Source: Nanobdellota archaeon (GTDB lineage: Archaea > Nanobdellota > Nanobdellia > Pacearchaeales > GW2011-AR1). Taken from it: a stretch of DNA of 64,000 nucleotides. Shown here one piece after another: positions 1 to 10,194 of this stretch. Each line of letters opens with the position of its first letter. Position 1 is the first letter of the stretch. The DNA lies in contig JBMOLG010000006.1 of assembly GCA_049324275.1 (NCBI GenBank), positions 54,056 through 118,055 of the forward strand, read 5' to 3'. Both the position numbers and the translations under genes were made by a program. A model generated the notes under the pieces. It saw only the letters and a program-made list of their open reading frames with translations. It had not been told where the DNA came from and made no database searches.

Positions 1-66
1 TTGCCAATCTTTTCCAGATGGTTGAATCAATATTACTTTGGTGGTGTTATAATTATTTACTACCAT
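1..66 (-). CDS. possible 5' end of a CDS that runs off the window start
   Basis: The minus-strand frame is open from an ATG (complement of 64-66) to position 1 (MVVNNYNTTKVILIQPSGKDWQ...). It is too short to assign. Confidence 0.2.
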   Translation of the reverse strand, partial: MVVNNYNTTKVILIQPSGKDWQ

Positions 67-160
67 AAAGTGGCATATACATATAACTATTTTAATTTGT
101 GTTGTCTGCTAAATAGACAATAATAGAAATGTTTTTTAAGCATTAAAAATTAGAAAAAGA

Positions 161-907
161 ATGAATCAAGAAATTTTAATCTCACTTGGACTTTCAAGGA
201 GAGAAGCGGAAGTTTATTATTCTCTTTTGCAGATTGATGAATCTCTAGCATCAGAGATTTCTGAAAAAACGAAGGAATCAAGAACAAATACATATGATAC
301 ACTTAATTCTCTGATAAAAAAAGGATTAGTCAGTTACGTTATTAAAAATAACAAAAAGTATTTTATTGCCACAAATCCAAAAAATCTTTTGAAATGGTTA
401 GAACTTAAAAAAGAGGAAATAGACAAAGAAAAGAGAATAGTCGATGCAATGATTCCCGATTTGTTAAAATTAAGATCGCCAAAAGAAAAAAAAGTTATGG
501 TTGAAGTTTATGAAGGCAAGGAAGGAATCAGAACAATGTTAAATGAAACAATTGATTCTTCTAAAAATAGCAATAAGGAAATTTTAATCTTTGGTGCTAT
601 TGCCGGGCATTTGCGAGAATTAGACCCAATTTATCATGAAAGATATTATAAAGAAAAGCAGAAGAATAAACTGAAAACAAGATACATCTTTATTGAAGGA
701 GAAAAATATCCTCCTGCACCAAATTCTGAATATCGTTATTTGTCAAAATCTTACAAAAGTTTCGCAGCAACTGCGGTTCATGGTGATGAAGTTTCTTTTT
801 GGCTTCTTACTAGTCCATTAATCGTTATTCTTGTAAAAAATAAAGAGTTCGCAGAAACTTACAAAAGCAATTTTGAGGAATTGTGGAAAAGCGCAAAAGA
901 AAGATGA
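161..907 (+). CDS. TrmB-family transcriptional regulator
   Basis: N-terminal winged-helix pattern LGLSRREAEVYYSLL...ASEISEKT...TYDTLNSLIKKGLVSY is typical of archaeal TrmB. It is a paralogue of 5698..6444 and 61575..62309. A TATA-like box lies about 25 nt upstream. Confidence 0.8.
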   Translation: MNQEILISLGLSRREAEVYYSLLQIDESLASEISEKTKESRTNTYDTLNSLIKKGLVSYVIKNNKKYFIATNPKNLLKWLELKKEEIDKEKRIVDAMIPDLLKLRSPKEKKVMVEVYEGKEGIRTMLNETIDSSKNSNKEILIFGAIAGHLRELDPIYHERYYKEKQKNKLKTRYIFIEGEKYPPAPNSEYRYLSKSYKSFAATAVHGDEVSFWLLTSPLIVILVKNKEFAETYKSNFEELWKSAKER

Positions 908-911
908 TTAT

Positions 912-1280
912 TTATAATATAGACTTATATCCGCCTTGGCGGATTATTCCAACTAAACCCGGGGGGATAATTCCAATTCCTTGTTTTTGAAGGGAATCTA
1001 ATTTTTCAGGATCCTGTATGTTGCCAAGATTTTGTGATATCGTTATACTATCAAGCACATAGATAGTTGCATAAGCTGCCCTGGCTACAAAATCTATAGC
1101 AAATGGCAGTGCATAATTGAAAGATTGTTTATCCATGTATTTTTTTATCCCAAGCATTGTTAAAGCAATTTCCCCCATGAACAAAAATGGCATTAATGGG
1201 TTTTTCGTTTGTACGCTCAATTCTTTAGATGTTCCAAACAGATATTCTAAGGTATCTTCAATTATTTTTTGTTGTTTCAT
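912..1280 (-). CDS. hypothetical protein (122 aa)
   Basis: Clean ORF that fills the gap between flanking genes. No recognisable motif. Confidence 0.4.
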   Translation of the reverse strand: MKQQKIIEDTLEYLFGTSKELSVQTKNPLMPFLFMGEIALTMLGIKKYMDKQSFNYALPFAIDFVARAAYATIYVLDSITISQNLGNIQDPEKLDSLQKQGIGIIPPGLVGIIRQGGYKSIL

Positions 1281-1352
1281 TTTTCCATTCAGAATTTTCG
1301 CTTTATAAATCTTTCAAAACCTATTTAAAATCCTTAAAATCTTATAGTGCAG

Positions 1353-2465
1353 ATGAATAAAAAATTTTGGGCAACAGCATTCACCTTATCTGGCACAATT
1401 ATTGGCGCAGGCATTCTTGGTTTGCCTTATGTCATCTCACAGTCAGGATTCATTATTGGACTTTTCTGGATTTTATTCTTTGGACTTATATTGGGATATA
1501 TTTATCTGTGCCTGGGGGAGATATCTCTCAGGACAAAAGAAAATCATCAATTGACTGGCTATGCACAAAAATATCTTGGTAACAGCGGAAAAATTTTAAT
1601 GTTTATGGCAATGTTGATTGGAATATATTCTGCATTGCTTGCATATTTAATGGCCGAGGGAGAAAGCTTATCTTTATTGCTTGTAGGAAGTTCTAATTAC
1701 GCATTATTATTTGGAATTTTATTTTGGATTGTACTAACTTTGATTTTAGGGAAAGGCTTGAGAGAATTAAAAAGAGTTGAGACCGGAGGGATATTGGCAA
1801 TCATATTAATAATAGTTTCAATTTTTTTCTATTTAATCCCCAATATCAAATTAACAAATTTATTATATATACAAAATGAAAATTTTTTTCTTCCAATAGG
1901 GGTTATTTTATTTTCTCTTCTTGGATTTACTTCAATTTCAGAGTTGAGGATAGAAATTAGGGGTGATGAAAGAAATTTTAAGAACGCAATTATTGCTGGA
2001 ATCATTATTCCAATTATTCTTTACATTATTTTTTCTTTGGCTTGCATTGGAACAATAGGAAAAGATATTCAGGAAATTGCAACTTTATCTTTTGGGCCTT
2101 TAGCCAGATTACTCGGAATTTTTACAATGTTCAGCGCTTATCTTATTCATTCTTTCTCTTTGAAAGATATGTTTAAGTTTGACTTTAATTATTCTGAAAA
2201 AAAAATTTTCATTTTTGTTTCAATTATGCCATTAATCATTTACTTTTTATGCTCTTATTTTAGATTATTCAGTTTTATTTCTATTCTTGGGATGGGAGGG
2301 GTTTTAGCAGGGGGAATAAATGGAATTTTGATACCCGTAATTAATTTGAAATCTAAAAAGTTGTCTGAAAGAAAACCTGAATATCAAATGCCAATGAATT
2401 GGATAATAATTTTTTTTATATCTTTAATTTTCATATTGGGAGTTTTATTTGAAATTATTATTTAA
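1353..2465 (+). CDS. amino-acid permease (Trp/Tyr-permease / Aa_trans-like, about 11 TM segments)
   Basis: N-terminus FWATAFTLSGTIIGAGILGLPYVISQSGF is typical of aromatic/neutral amino-acid transporters, and the protein is hydrophobic throughout. The track start at 1347 is GTG; ATG at 1353 is preferred. Confidence 0.7.
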   Translation: MNKKFWATAFTLSGTIIGAGILGLPYVISQSGFIIGLFWILFFGLILGYIYLCLGEISLRTKENHQLTGYAQKYLGNSGKILMFMAMLIGIYSALLAYLMAEGESLSLLLVGSSNYALLFGILFWIVLTLILGKGLRELKRVETGGILAIILIIVSIFFYLIPNIKLTNLLYIQNENFFLPIGVILFSLLGFTSISELRIEIRGDERNFKNAIIAGIIIPIILYIIFSLACIGTIGKDIQEIATLSFGPLARLLGIFTMFSAYLIHSFSLKDMFKFDFNYSEKKIFIFVSIMPLIIYFLCSYFRLFSFISILGMGGVLAGGINGILIPVINLKSKKLSERKPEYQMPMNWIIIFFISLIFILGVLFEIII

Positions 2466-2527
2466 TAAATTCAAACAAAATTGAAGCCTTCACATTATTT
2501 ATAAACTTTGAATATTAAAAAATACAG

Positions 2528-3082
2528 ATGGAAAAGAAAATTCTTGTCTCTATCGATGATGAAAGATTAAAGTATATTTCTGAAATTTTAGGAAATAAAA
2601 CATGCAAAAAGATTCTTAATTTATTGTCTGATCATGAATTGACTGAAACTGAAATTGCAAAAGAACTGAAGATCCCTCTTAACACTGTTGGATACAACAT
2701 AAAAAAATTAGTTCAATCCGGATTGGTTGACAATAAGTCTCATTGGTGGAGTGTAAAAGGAAAAAAAATGCCTACTTATCAGATTTCAAATAAAACTATT
2801 GTTATATCTCCGAAAAAATCAAAATCTCAATTAACAAAGAATTTTGTTTTAACCATTATTGTCACGGGAATAGTTTCCTTAATAATAAAAACCAAAAAAA
2901 TTTTGCCTTCTCAAAAATCTTCAGAGTTTTTGCTGTCAGAATCTCTTTCGAGAACCCCTGAAATTGTAAGTTCAGCTTCTCCTATTGCAGAAAGTTATTG
3001 GATATGGTTTTTGCTGGGCGCTGTTTTTGCTTTGGCTGTCTTTATATTATTAAATTTCATAAGTGAACATAAAAATGTCTAG
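2528..3082 (+). CDS. ArsR-like HTH regulator with C-terminal transmembrane segments
   Basis: The wHTH reads KKILNLLSDHELTETEIAKELKIPLNTVGYNIKKLVQSGLV. Two hydrophobic helices follow near the C-terminus. It overlaps the next gene. Confidence 0.6.
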   Translation: MEKKILVSIDDERLKYISEILGNKTCKKILNLLSDHELTETEIAKELKIPLNTVGYNIKKLVQSGLVDNKSHWWSVKGKKMPTYQISNKTIVISPKKSKSQLTKNFVLTIIVTGIVSLIIKTKKILPSQKSSEFLLSESLSRTPEIVSSASPIAESYWIWFLLGAVFALAVFILLNFISEHKNV

Positions 3083-3116
3083 AAATATTTTTAAAGAAGA
3101 AGAATCTTATTATAAT

Positions 3117-4688
3117 ATGAAAAATAAGATTGTATTAATTATCAGTCTTTTATTACTTCTCCAGATTATTCCTTTGATGAAAGCCGATGGCGGATATTTT
3201 CCAAAGCCAGGATATTGGGTCATGCCTGGACAGCAAAAAGCGATAATATTCTATGAAAACAATGTTGAAACCTTAATTGTAACTTCTGATTTCAGAGGTG
3301 ATGCAAAGGATTTGGTTTGGGTTATACCTACACCATCAAAGCCTGAAATTTCAAAGGCTAATGAAGAAATATTTTCCAATATAGAACAATTAACTCGGCC
3401 AGTATATGATAACGGAATTTACACAACGAGGTATGCATTGGATGAGGCTATGTCAGGGGCAAAAATAGATTCTCGAACCGTCAGCGTTTTAAGTTCTCAA
3501 AAGGTTGATTATTATGACGTTGTTACACTTTCAGCTTCTAATTCTAAAGATCTTGTTAAATGGTTTAATGAGAATGGCTATCAATATCCTGAAGAGTATA
3601 GTTATGTGCTTGACTATTATATTAATAAGGGATGGTATTTTACTGTTGCGAAAGTATCTGCTGATTCTTTGGGTTCTAAATCTGTTGAACAGGATATGTT
3701 GGAAGGCCACCCTACACCGATTAAATTAGTTTTTTCAAGTGATAAAATTGTTTTTCCATTAAAGATATCTTCGGTTGATTTTAAAGGGGGATTCAAGGTT
3801 TCTTCAAATCTAGTATTCGATAAAAAAGCAATAGAACATTTCAAAGAAATTGGATATGATGATTTAGCTGAAGAAAAATCTGCGAAAAAAATATTCAATC
3901 AGATTATTGCTGATTCGCTTTCAGATATTAAATATGAAGATTCATTTGCAAAAAATTACTCTTTAATAATCTCTTCATATGAGTATTATTCCCTAAAAAA
4001 TCAATATTGCAATTATGATTCGTGTGTAAGAACAAATTTAGAAAATGTTTTTAGAAACTACCTGGCAGAATCAGGCGTTTTTGACTATTATAATTATGGA
4101 TATGAATACACCCCTATAAGTATATATATTATCACCGATGGAAAATATGAAACAAATAATCTTTACATTAATTATGCTAACTGGGTTAAATCCAAAAAAA
4201 TAAAAGAACTCGGTGAAGATGAAAATGGAAGCCCCCTATTAGAAACTAACTCAAGAAAATATTTTGTTACATCTTTAAGCGGAAGCCTGCAAAAAAGTCA
4301 AATGGATGACGATATTTATTTCAAACAATCTGACAATAATAGCAAAGTGAATGCAGGACCTGAAAATTGGCAGATATTTCTTTATAGCTTATTGATTATC
4401 TTCATATTATTTACCGCCTGGATTTTCACTCCTTTTGGAATTTTATTTATTTTGGGTGGCTTGATATTGTTCTTAAGTTCAAATAAAACTGCAAGGGTAT
4501 TTGGATGGATTATGGAAACTTTTTCATTTGTAGTGAGCCTTGTTTTTGTGATAATATTTTTAGTTATAATCCTGCTTAATAATTCTTGGAATTACGTTAC
4601 AAATTCAATTTTGGCAGGCGGGGCAATTCTAATTATATTAATGGGATTATTTGTAATTTTAGAATTAAAATTTAGAAAGAAGAAATGA
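3117..4688 (+). CDS. DUF2330-like secreted/membrane-anchored protein
   Basis: From ATG 3117 there is a signal-like N-terminus (MKNKIVLIISLLLLLQ). DGGYFP...QKAIIFYENNVETLIV...DLVWVIPTPSKP then resembles the DUF2330 N-terminus from memory. The C-terminal block is multi-TM. The track ORF starts earlier, at GTG 3063. Confidence 0.55.
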   Translation: MKNKIVLIISLLLLLQIIPLMKADGGYFPKPGYWVMPGQQKAIIFYENNVETLIVTSDFRGDAKDLVWVIPTPSKPEISKANEEIFSNIEQLTRPVYDNGIYTTRYALDEAMSGAKIDSRTVSVLSSQKVDYYDVVTLSASNSKDLVKWFNENGYQYPEEYSYVLDYYINKGWYFTVAKVSADSLGSKSVEQDMLEGHPTPIKLVFSSDKIVFPLKISSVDFKGGFKVSSNLVFDKKAIEHFKEIGYDDLAEEKSAKKIFNQIIADSLSDIKYEDSFAKNYSLIISSYEYYSLKNQYCNYDSCVRTNLENVFRNYLAESGVFDYYNYGYEYTPISIYIITDGKYETNNLYINYANWVKSKKIKELGEDENGSPLLETNSRKYFVTSLSGSLQKSQMDDDIYFKQSDNNSKVNAGPENWQIFLYSLLIIFILFTAWIFTPFGILFILGGLILFLSSNKTARVFGWIMETFSFVVSLVFVIIFLVIILLNNSWNYVTNSILAGGAILIILMGLFVILELKFRKKK

Positions 4689-5053
4689 TGCTTAATTATT
4701 ACAGTTTTAATCAAGTTTTAATTGTAAGCCTTATTACTTTTGCAATAACCGGGTTTCTTGCTGTTTTTTCTCCATTTGGGATTGGATTTGTACTCTTTAG
4801 TATTCTAAGAATTAAGACTAAAGATAAAAAATTGAGAAAAGTTTCGTTTATATTTCAAATTGTTTTATGCGCCTTGACTTTAGTCGTTGGGACACTAATT
4901 GGGTTATTAATTTCAATAATGAATAATGAACTCTTTCTTTTATTTCCTGTTATCATTGGATTATTTTTAATTATAACTGCTGAAATAGGTGTAATTATCT
5001 GGCAGAGTTTTTTAATAAAAGAGAAAAAATCTTTTTTTGGCATTAGAAGATAA
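4685..5053 (+). CDS. small integral membrane protein
   Basis: ATGA overlap with the upstream gene. About four hydrophobic helices. Confidence 0.6.
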   Translation: MMLNYYSFNQVLIVSLITFAITGFLAVFSPFGIGFVLFSILRIKTKDKKLRKVSFIFQIVLCALTLVVGTLIGLLISIMNNELFLLFPVIIGLFLIITAEIGVIIWQSFLIKEKKSFFGIRR

Positions 5054-5244
5054 ACTTTTGAATATTCAATTATAAATTTTATTTGATTATTTTCAACAAA
5101 AATTCCTTACTATCTTCTCTCGTTAAATCTAATTTGAATTTTAATATATAAACAAGTAAAGTCTATTTATTTTCTTATTAATCCTTTTTGATAATAATTA
5201 ATTTATGCAAAGTTATTTGAACTGACTGTTGAAACACATTTGAG

Positions 5245-5589
5245 TTACCAGCCTCCGCCTATTCCTGTCTCTAAAAAATTGAAACGGCCATAATGTTTAC
5301 TAAATTTATTTAATTCCGGCCAGGTTGCTGAGACTTGAGTAGTAATATGTAAAAATTGATAATCTGTATCTTCACGAACAATTTTAAAGTTGTTTTGATC
5401 ACCAAATTCATACCATCCAATACACTCTTCAGGAAGTTTATTGTAATAATAATGCGTCGTTGTTGTGATGCTGGGAACTTCTAAGTGATGCTTATATTCA
5501 TTTTCCCTATTGCCGATTTTACAACCTGCTATAATTGCCAATCCTGCAAAAGTAATTCCCATCTTAATTAATAGATTATTTTTTGCCAT
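5245..5589 (-). CDS. putative lipoprotein
   Basis: From MAKNNLLIKMGITFAGLAIIAGC there is a signal peptide plus a lipobox-like Cys. The track ORF extends to 5625. Confidence 0.5.
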   Translation of the reverse strand: MAKNNLLIKMGITFAGLAIIAGCKIGNRENEYKHHLEVPSITTTTHYYYNKLPEECIGWYEFGDQNNFKIVREDTDYQFLHITTQVSATWPELNKFSKHYGRFNFLETGIGGGW

Positions 5590-5668
5590 TTTTTTTCTAT
5601 TGTTTATCAAATAAATTAAAAACAATTTATATAATTTTGGTGTAAAATTTTTTATTACAATAATAAAA

Positions 5669-5676
5669 TTTAAATA
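5669..5676 (+). promoter_or_regulatory. TATA-like box (tttaaata), 26 nt upstream of the TrmB ATG
   Basis: The spacing is consistent with a leaderless archaeal transcript. An AT-rich background raises the false-positive rate. Confidence 0.35.
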
Positions 5677-5697
5677 GGGTTTAATACAATTTTAGCT

Positions 5698-6444
5698 ATG
5701 GATAGTAAGTATTCAATGCTCCAGGAGATTGGATTAAATCCGCAGGAGATAAATGTTTATATTAATACATTAAAGTCGGGTCTGGCAAAAGCTAGCGAAA
5801 TTGCAAGAAAATCCGGTGTTAAAAGGGAAGCCGTTTATTATACACTCGGTTCTCTAATCGAAAAAGGAATGATTAACGAAGTATTGAAATCAAGTGTTAG
5901 GTATTATTCAGCTATTTCTCCAGATAGAATTCAAGGATTACTTAATGAACAAAATGAGAATAAAAAACGGATTATAAAAGAGCTTCTCCCTGAGCTACAA
6001 TCAATAAAAAATAGTTTTTTAACAACTCCCAAGGTCGAGATTTACGAAGGAGATATGGGCTTTAAAAATATCGCTTCGATGATGTTAGACAAAAGAAATT
6101 CGGAAATTTATTGTTATGTGCCTTTTTGCATATTTGATAAATTTCCTTTTTTTCAGGAAAAGTTTAGAATGTTGAGAAGGAGCAAAAAGATTAAATTGAG
6201 GGGTATTACAGAGGATTGTGATGAAATGAGACAAATTGCAAAAAGCGATAAAAAAGAACTAAGAATTACTAAATATAATAATTTAATAAGAAATAAACAA
6301 ATAGCATTGTATATTTTAGATGATCGACTAATAATACTAGAGGTTAATAATAATGAAAAAATTGGAATCTGCATACATGATAAAACAATATGTGCATTAC
6401 AAAAAGAAATCTTTAAAATCATCTGGGAAAATTCTATGGAGTGA
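5698..6444 (+). CDS. TrmB-family transcriptional regulator
   Basis: The wHTH reads IGLNPQEINVYINTL...ASEIARKSGVKREAVYYTLGSLIEKGMI. Length and C-terminal domain resemble the other two TrmB paralogues. tttaaata at 5669-5676 is centred 26 nt upstream of the ATG. Confidence 0.8.
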   Translation: MDSKYSMLQEIGLNPQEINVYINTLKSGLAKASEIARKSGVKREAVYYTLGSLIEKGMINEVLKSSVRYYSAISPDRIQGLLNEQNENKKRIIKELLPELQSIKNSFLTTPKVEIYEGDMGFKNIASMMLDKRNSEIYCYVPFCIFDKFPFFQEKFRMLRRSKKIKLRGITEDCDEMRQIAKSDKKELRITKYNNLIRNKQIALYILDDRLIILEVNNNEKIGICIHDKTICALQKEIFKIIWENSME

Positions 6445-6613
6445 AAATCTCTCTCTGTGGCAAGAAACGCTTTAAATTTGCTATTATCAATAATGACTTT
6501 TTCCAGTCATATATAGCTATTTTCTCAAAATTTAGCGTGAAAATGAAAATTAGATACTGGATAAAGACCGAGAAAATATGAAAAGAGCAAAATATCAAGA
6601 CTAATTAATCCAA

Positions 6614-7996
6614 TTATACCAAAATCTTCTCTAAGTAATTTTTGGCAGTCTTAAAATCGGCTCTTCTATTTGAAAGGTTCATGACTTGCCCCACTAAAAA
6701 ATTTAAAGATTCCTGCTTTCCAAACTTAAAATCTTCGACGGCCCTTTGATTTTTGTTTATTACTTCTCTGCAGATTTTTTCAATTTCAACAGATGAAATT
6801 TTTGAGATATCTTTTTTTTCTTTTATTGAAAATGATTTTGGAATAAATTCATTCATAATTTGTTTTGCTTTTAATTCAGTTAAATTTCCTGCATCAATTG
6901 CTTGGATCAATTCTGCCAAATGTTCAGGCTTTATGTCAATATCTGAATCTTCTAAAGTTTTTTTATTGTAATTTAAAATTCTTAATAATTCAACTGTTAT
7001 CCATGAGATATATTTCTTTGCATCAACTAATTTTTCAAGAGCTTCAAAAAAATCCACAAGCTCTAAATTTTTTGTCAAGACATCTGCATTATATTTATCA
7101 ATCTTGTATTTATTTAACAATTTTGTCAGCTTTTCTTCAGGCATTTCAGGAAGATTTTTTCCGATTTCTTTAATTTCTTTTTCTTCTAAATTTATCCGTG
7201 GCAAATCTGGCTCTGGAATAAATCTGTAATCTTGTGCCTGCTCCTTATCCCTCATTTTAATAGTTTTTCCCTTATTCTCATCATAAGTTAAAGTTTCTCT
7301 ATCTTGTTCAAGGCCGTTCTCATGATTTTCTATCTGTCTTTGTATTTCGTATTCAATTGCATTTTTTATGTTTTCAATTGAGTTTAGGTTTTTTATTTCA
7401 ACTCTTTCCCCGTAAGTTGAAACGTTGACATCCACTTTTATTCCTGCTCCTTTTTTTATGGCTTTCATGTAGGATAATGCATGAATCAAATTCTTTAGCC
7501 AGGCTGAAACTTGATCCGCTGAATGAAAATCCGGTTCTGTTACAATTTCGATTAAAGGCAGTCCACTTCGATTATAATCAATTCCTCCTGTTAATGGATT
7601 CCAGCGTGCTGGGTCTTCTTCGAGATGCGTTTCTGTAATCTTTATTTCTTTGAATTTTCCTTTTTCTGCGCATGGAATAGAGTATGCTCCAGAAATTGTA
7701 TTTTGAAATCCTTTTGGCAAATCCGGCCATGAATAATGCTTTCTTTGCCAAACTAATCTTGTATTTATCTTGCAATTTAAAGCCAAAGAAATTAAAATCA
7801 ATTTTTTCATTGCTTCTTTGTTAGGCAACATTGGCTTTGAACCCGGCTGGCCTGTACATATCGGACATACATTGAGATTCGGCTTAATATTCATCTCGGA
7901 ATTATTTTTACATTTACAGAATAATTTCTCTTTTGTATTTAAGTAACCATGAATTTCCAATCCAATTTTTATTGGAAAATTTTTTTTGATTTCCAT
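6614..7996 (-). CDS. gatB: Asp/Glu-tRNA amidotransferase subunit B
   Basis: IGLEIHGYLNT..KLFCKC, THLEEDPAR, IPEPDLP and a YqeY-like tail (LVGQVM...RADFK) form the classic GatB pattern. Confidence 0.9.
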   Translation of the reverse strand: MEIKKNFPIKIGLEIHGYLNTKEKLFCKCKNNSEMNIKPNLNVCPICTGQPGSKPMLPNKEAMKKLILISLALNCKINTRLVWQRKHYSWPDLPKGFQNTISGAYSIPCAEKGKFKEIKITETHLEEDPARWNPLTGGIDYNRSGLPLIEIVTEPDFHSADQVSAWLKNLIHALSYMKAIKKGAGIKVDVNVSTYGERVEIKNLNSIENIKNAIEYEIQRQIENHENGLEQDRETLTYDENKGKTIKMRDKEQAQDYRFIPEPDLPRINLEEKEIKEIGKNLPEMPEEKLTKLLNKYKIDKYNADVLTKNLELVDFFEALEKLVDAKKYISWITVELLRILNYNKKTLEDSDIDIKPEHLAELIQAIDAGNLTELKAKQIMNEFIPKSFSIKEKKDISKISSVEIEKICREVINKNQRAVEDFKFGKQESLNFLVGQVMNLSNRRADFKTAKNYLEKILV

Positions 7997-8095
7997 CTTT
8001 AAAATTAAAAAACAAAGGTTTTTATTTGTTTTTACTGAAAGAAAAGCTTATGTGATTATATAAAACTTTAAAAATAATTTAATTTTTTCATAAAA

Positions 8096-8344
8096 ATGAT
8101 ATTTAATATAAAAAAATCAGGCGATGATTATTTTGTTAAATATAAAGATAAGCAGGAGCAATTCTCTGGAGAATATTGCAATTGTCTTTTTCAAATTTTA
8201 GAAATCAATAAGAAGGTAAACCCCTTGGAGAAATTAGAAATTAAAATAGAACATTCTTCTGTTTTTCCGGATGGAGCAGTAGCATTAACTAAAAAAGTTT
8301 GTGAATTATATAATGAAAATTTTAGATATTCATTGGCTCCTTGA
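8096..8344 (+). CDS. hypothetical protein (82 aa)
   Basis: ORF in the gatB-gatD intergenic space. No motif recognised. Confidence 0.35.
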   Translation: MIFNIKKSGDDYFVKYKDKQEQFSGEYCNCLFQILEINKKVNPLEKLEIKIEHSSVFPDGAVALTKKVCELYNENFRYSLAP

Positions 8345-8404
8345 AATAATTTTGATCTATATTTGAATAACAAACCTTTTATATTCACTATTTTTATAAG
8401 GTTA

Positions 8405-9685
8405 ATGAAGGAAAAAAATCTTAATCCAGGGGATAGAGTAAAATTAATTACGAAGCAAAAAGAATTTGAGGGATGGGTTTTGGAGAGTTATGATCCTAAA
8501 ATTGTTTTGATTAAATTAAATTCAGGCTATAATATCGGAATTAAAGAAAGCGACATTATTGATGTAAAAATTTTGGAGTTGAATAAAACAAAAGAAAGGA
8601 AAGTTGAATTATCAAAAAAATCTGGGTTGCCAAATATTGCGTTGATAATTACTGGGGGAACTATATCTTCGAGATTAGACCCAAAAACAGGAGGAGTAAT
8701 CTCTACAGATGAGGAAGAAATTTTGAATATTTCCCCGGAGATTTCGAAGATTTGCAACATTGCAAGAATAGAAAAACCTTTTATGAAATGGTCTGAAAAC
8801 ATGGCTTTTAAAGATTGGAAAATCTTGGCAGATGCTTGTGAAAAATTATTGAATGATAAAAACATTTCTGGGGTAGTTATAACTCATGGGACTGATTTTT
8901 TACATTACACCTCGGCAGCACTGTCTTTTTTTTTAAGAAATTTAAATAAGCCAGTAGCTTTAACTTATTCACAAAGGAGTATTGATAGGGGTTCAACTGA
9001 TGCATCCTTAAATTTATTATGCGCAGTTAAATATGCTATTTCAGATATAGCAGAAGTAGCTATTGTTGGCCATAAAGATTTGAATGATGCTTATTGTCTT
9101 GCAATGCCTGGAACAAAAGTAAGGAAAATGCATTCATCACGAAGGGATGCTTTTAAAATTATAAATGATTCATCTATTGCAGAAATTTCAAAAACAGAAT
9201 TTAAAATTTTAAAAGGGTTTAATGCCCGAAATAAAGAAAATGTTTTATCAGATTCTGTTTACAATGATAAGGTTGCATTAGTTAAAATTTATCCCGGGCA
9301 AAATCCAGACATTCTTGATTTTTATATCAAGGAAAATTATAGAGGAATCATTTTAGAGATTACTGGAATTGGTCAGGTTCCAGGAAAAGATGCCAGTGCA
9401 TATAATTGGCTTCCCAAAATTAAAAAAATAATACAAACAGGAATTACTATTTGTGCGGTTCCCCAAACTTTATATGGGAGATTAAATCCAAAGGTTTATG
9501 AAAACGGAAGAGAACTTGAAAAAACAGGAATCATATTCTTGGAAGACATGCTTCCTGAATCGGCATTTGTAAAACTTGCCTGGATTTTAGGCCACAAGGA
9601 ATGGAATAATCAAAAGATTATTAAAGATAAGATGCTGGAAAATTTTGCCAATGAAATCAATTTTAGAGTTGGATTTGAGTTTTAA
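8405..9685 (+). CDS. gatD: Glu-tRNA(Gln) amidotransferase subunit D (asparaginase-like)
   Basis: ITGGTISS, HGTD and the asparaginase-type fold length match GatD, and the N-terminal GatD-specific domain is present. ATG 8405 is preferred over TTG 8363 because ttttatat at 8377-8384 sits about 25 nt upstream. Confidence 0.85.
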   Translation: MKEKNLNPGDRVKLITKQKEFEGWVLESYDPKIVLIKLNSGYNIGIKESDIIDVKILELNKTKERKVELSKKSGLPNIALIITGGTISSRLDPKTGGVISTDEEEILNISPEISKICNIARIEKPFMKWSENMAFKDWKILADACEKLLNDKNISGVVITHGTDFLHYTSAALSFFLRNLNKPVALTYSQRSIDRGSTDASLNLLCAVKYAISDIAEVAIVGHKDLNDAYCLAMPGTKVRKMHSSRRDAFKIINDSSIAEISKTEFKILKGFNARNKENVLSDSVYNDKVALVKIYPGQNPDILDFYIKENYRGIILEITGIGQVPGKDASAYNWLPKIKKIIQTGITICAVPQTLYGRLNPKVYENGRELEKTGIIFLEDMLPESAFVKLAWILGHKEWNNQKIIKDKMLENFANEINFRVGFEF

Positions 9686-9720
9686 AAAATTATTTAAAAT
9701 GAAGGAGCTTATTACTCAAT

Positions 9721-10194
9721 ATGGTTTACAAGATTGAATTGATAGACTATTCCGCCAACCATAGGCACAATTATATTCTAAAAAATAAAACAGGAAATGA
9801 CATGCTAGATAGTTATGCTTTAGCATTAGCTCATTCTATGAATCGTTGGTGGAATGCAAATCCTAATACAAATCAATTGAATCATTTGTATGAAGAAGCG
9901 GACTTATTTTTACAAAATCATAGCAAAGTGAATTTTGAGTATCTTTTACAGGAATTTGAAAAAGCTGAAGAAAATTTTCAAAATAAAGAATATCAAATAC
10001 TTACTCTTCCTTTAAAAAAAAGACTGTTTAGATATAGGGTTACAATTTATTTAAGTGCTTTGTATTCATTAGAGCAAAAAGAACCTATAGATCTGTATCA
10101 ATATATGACCAACATTGAAGAATCAGAAATATCGCCAATAAAACGTGAAAGGCTTGAACCTACCTGGAAATTTTTAAAAGATTATTTGGCATAA
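9721..10194 (+). CDS. hypothetical protein (157 aa)
   Basis: Clean ORF. Its 3' end overlaps the convergent gene 10182..10832 by 13 nt. Confidence 0.45.
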   Translation: MVYKIELIDYSANHRHNYILKNKTGNDMLDSYALALAHSMNRWWNANPNTNQLNHLYEEADLFLQNHSKVNFEYLLQEFEKAEENFQNKEYQILTLPLKKRLFRYRVTIYLSALYSLEQKEPIDLYQYMTNIEESEISPIKRERLEPTWKFLKDYLA

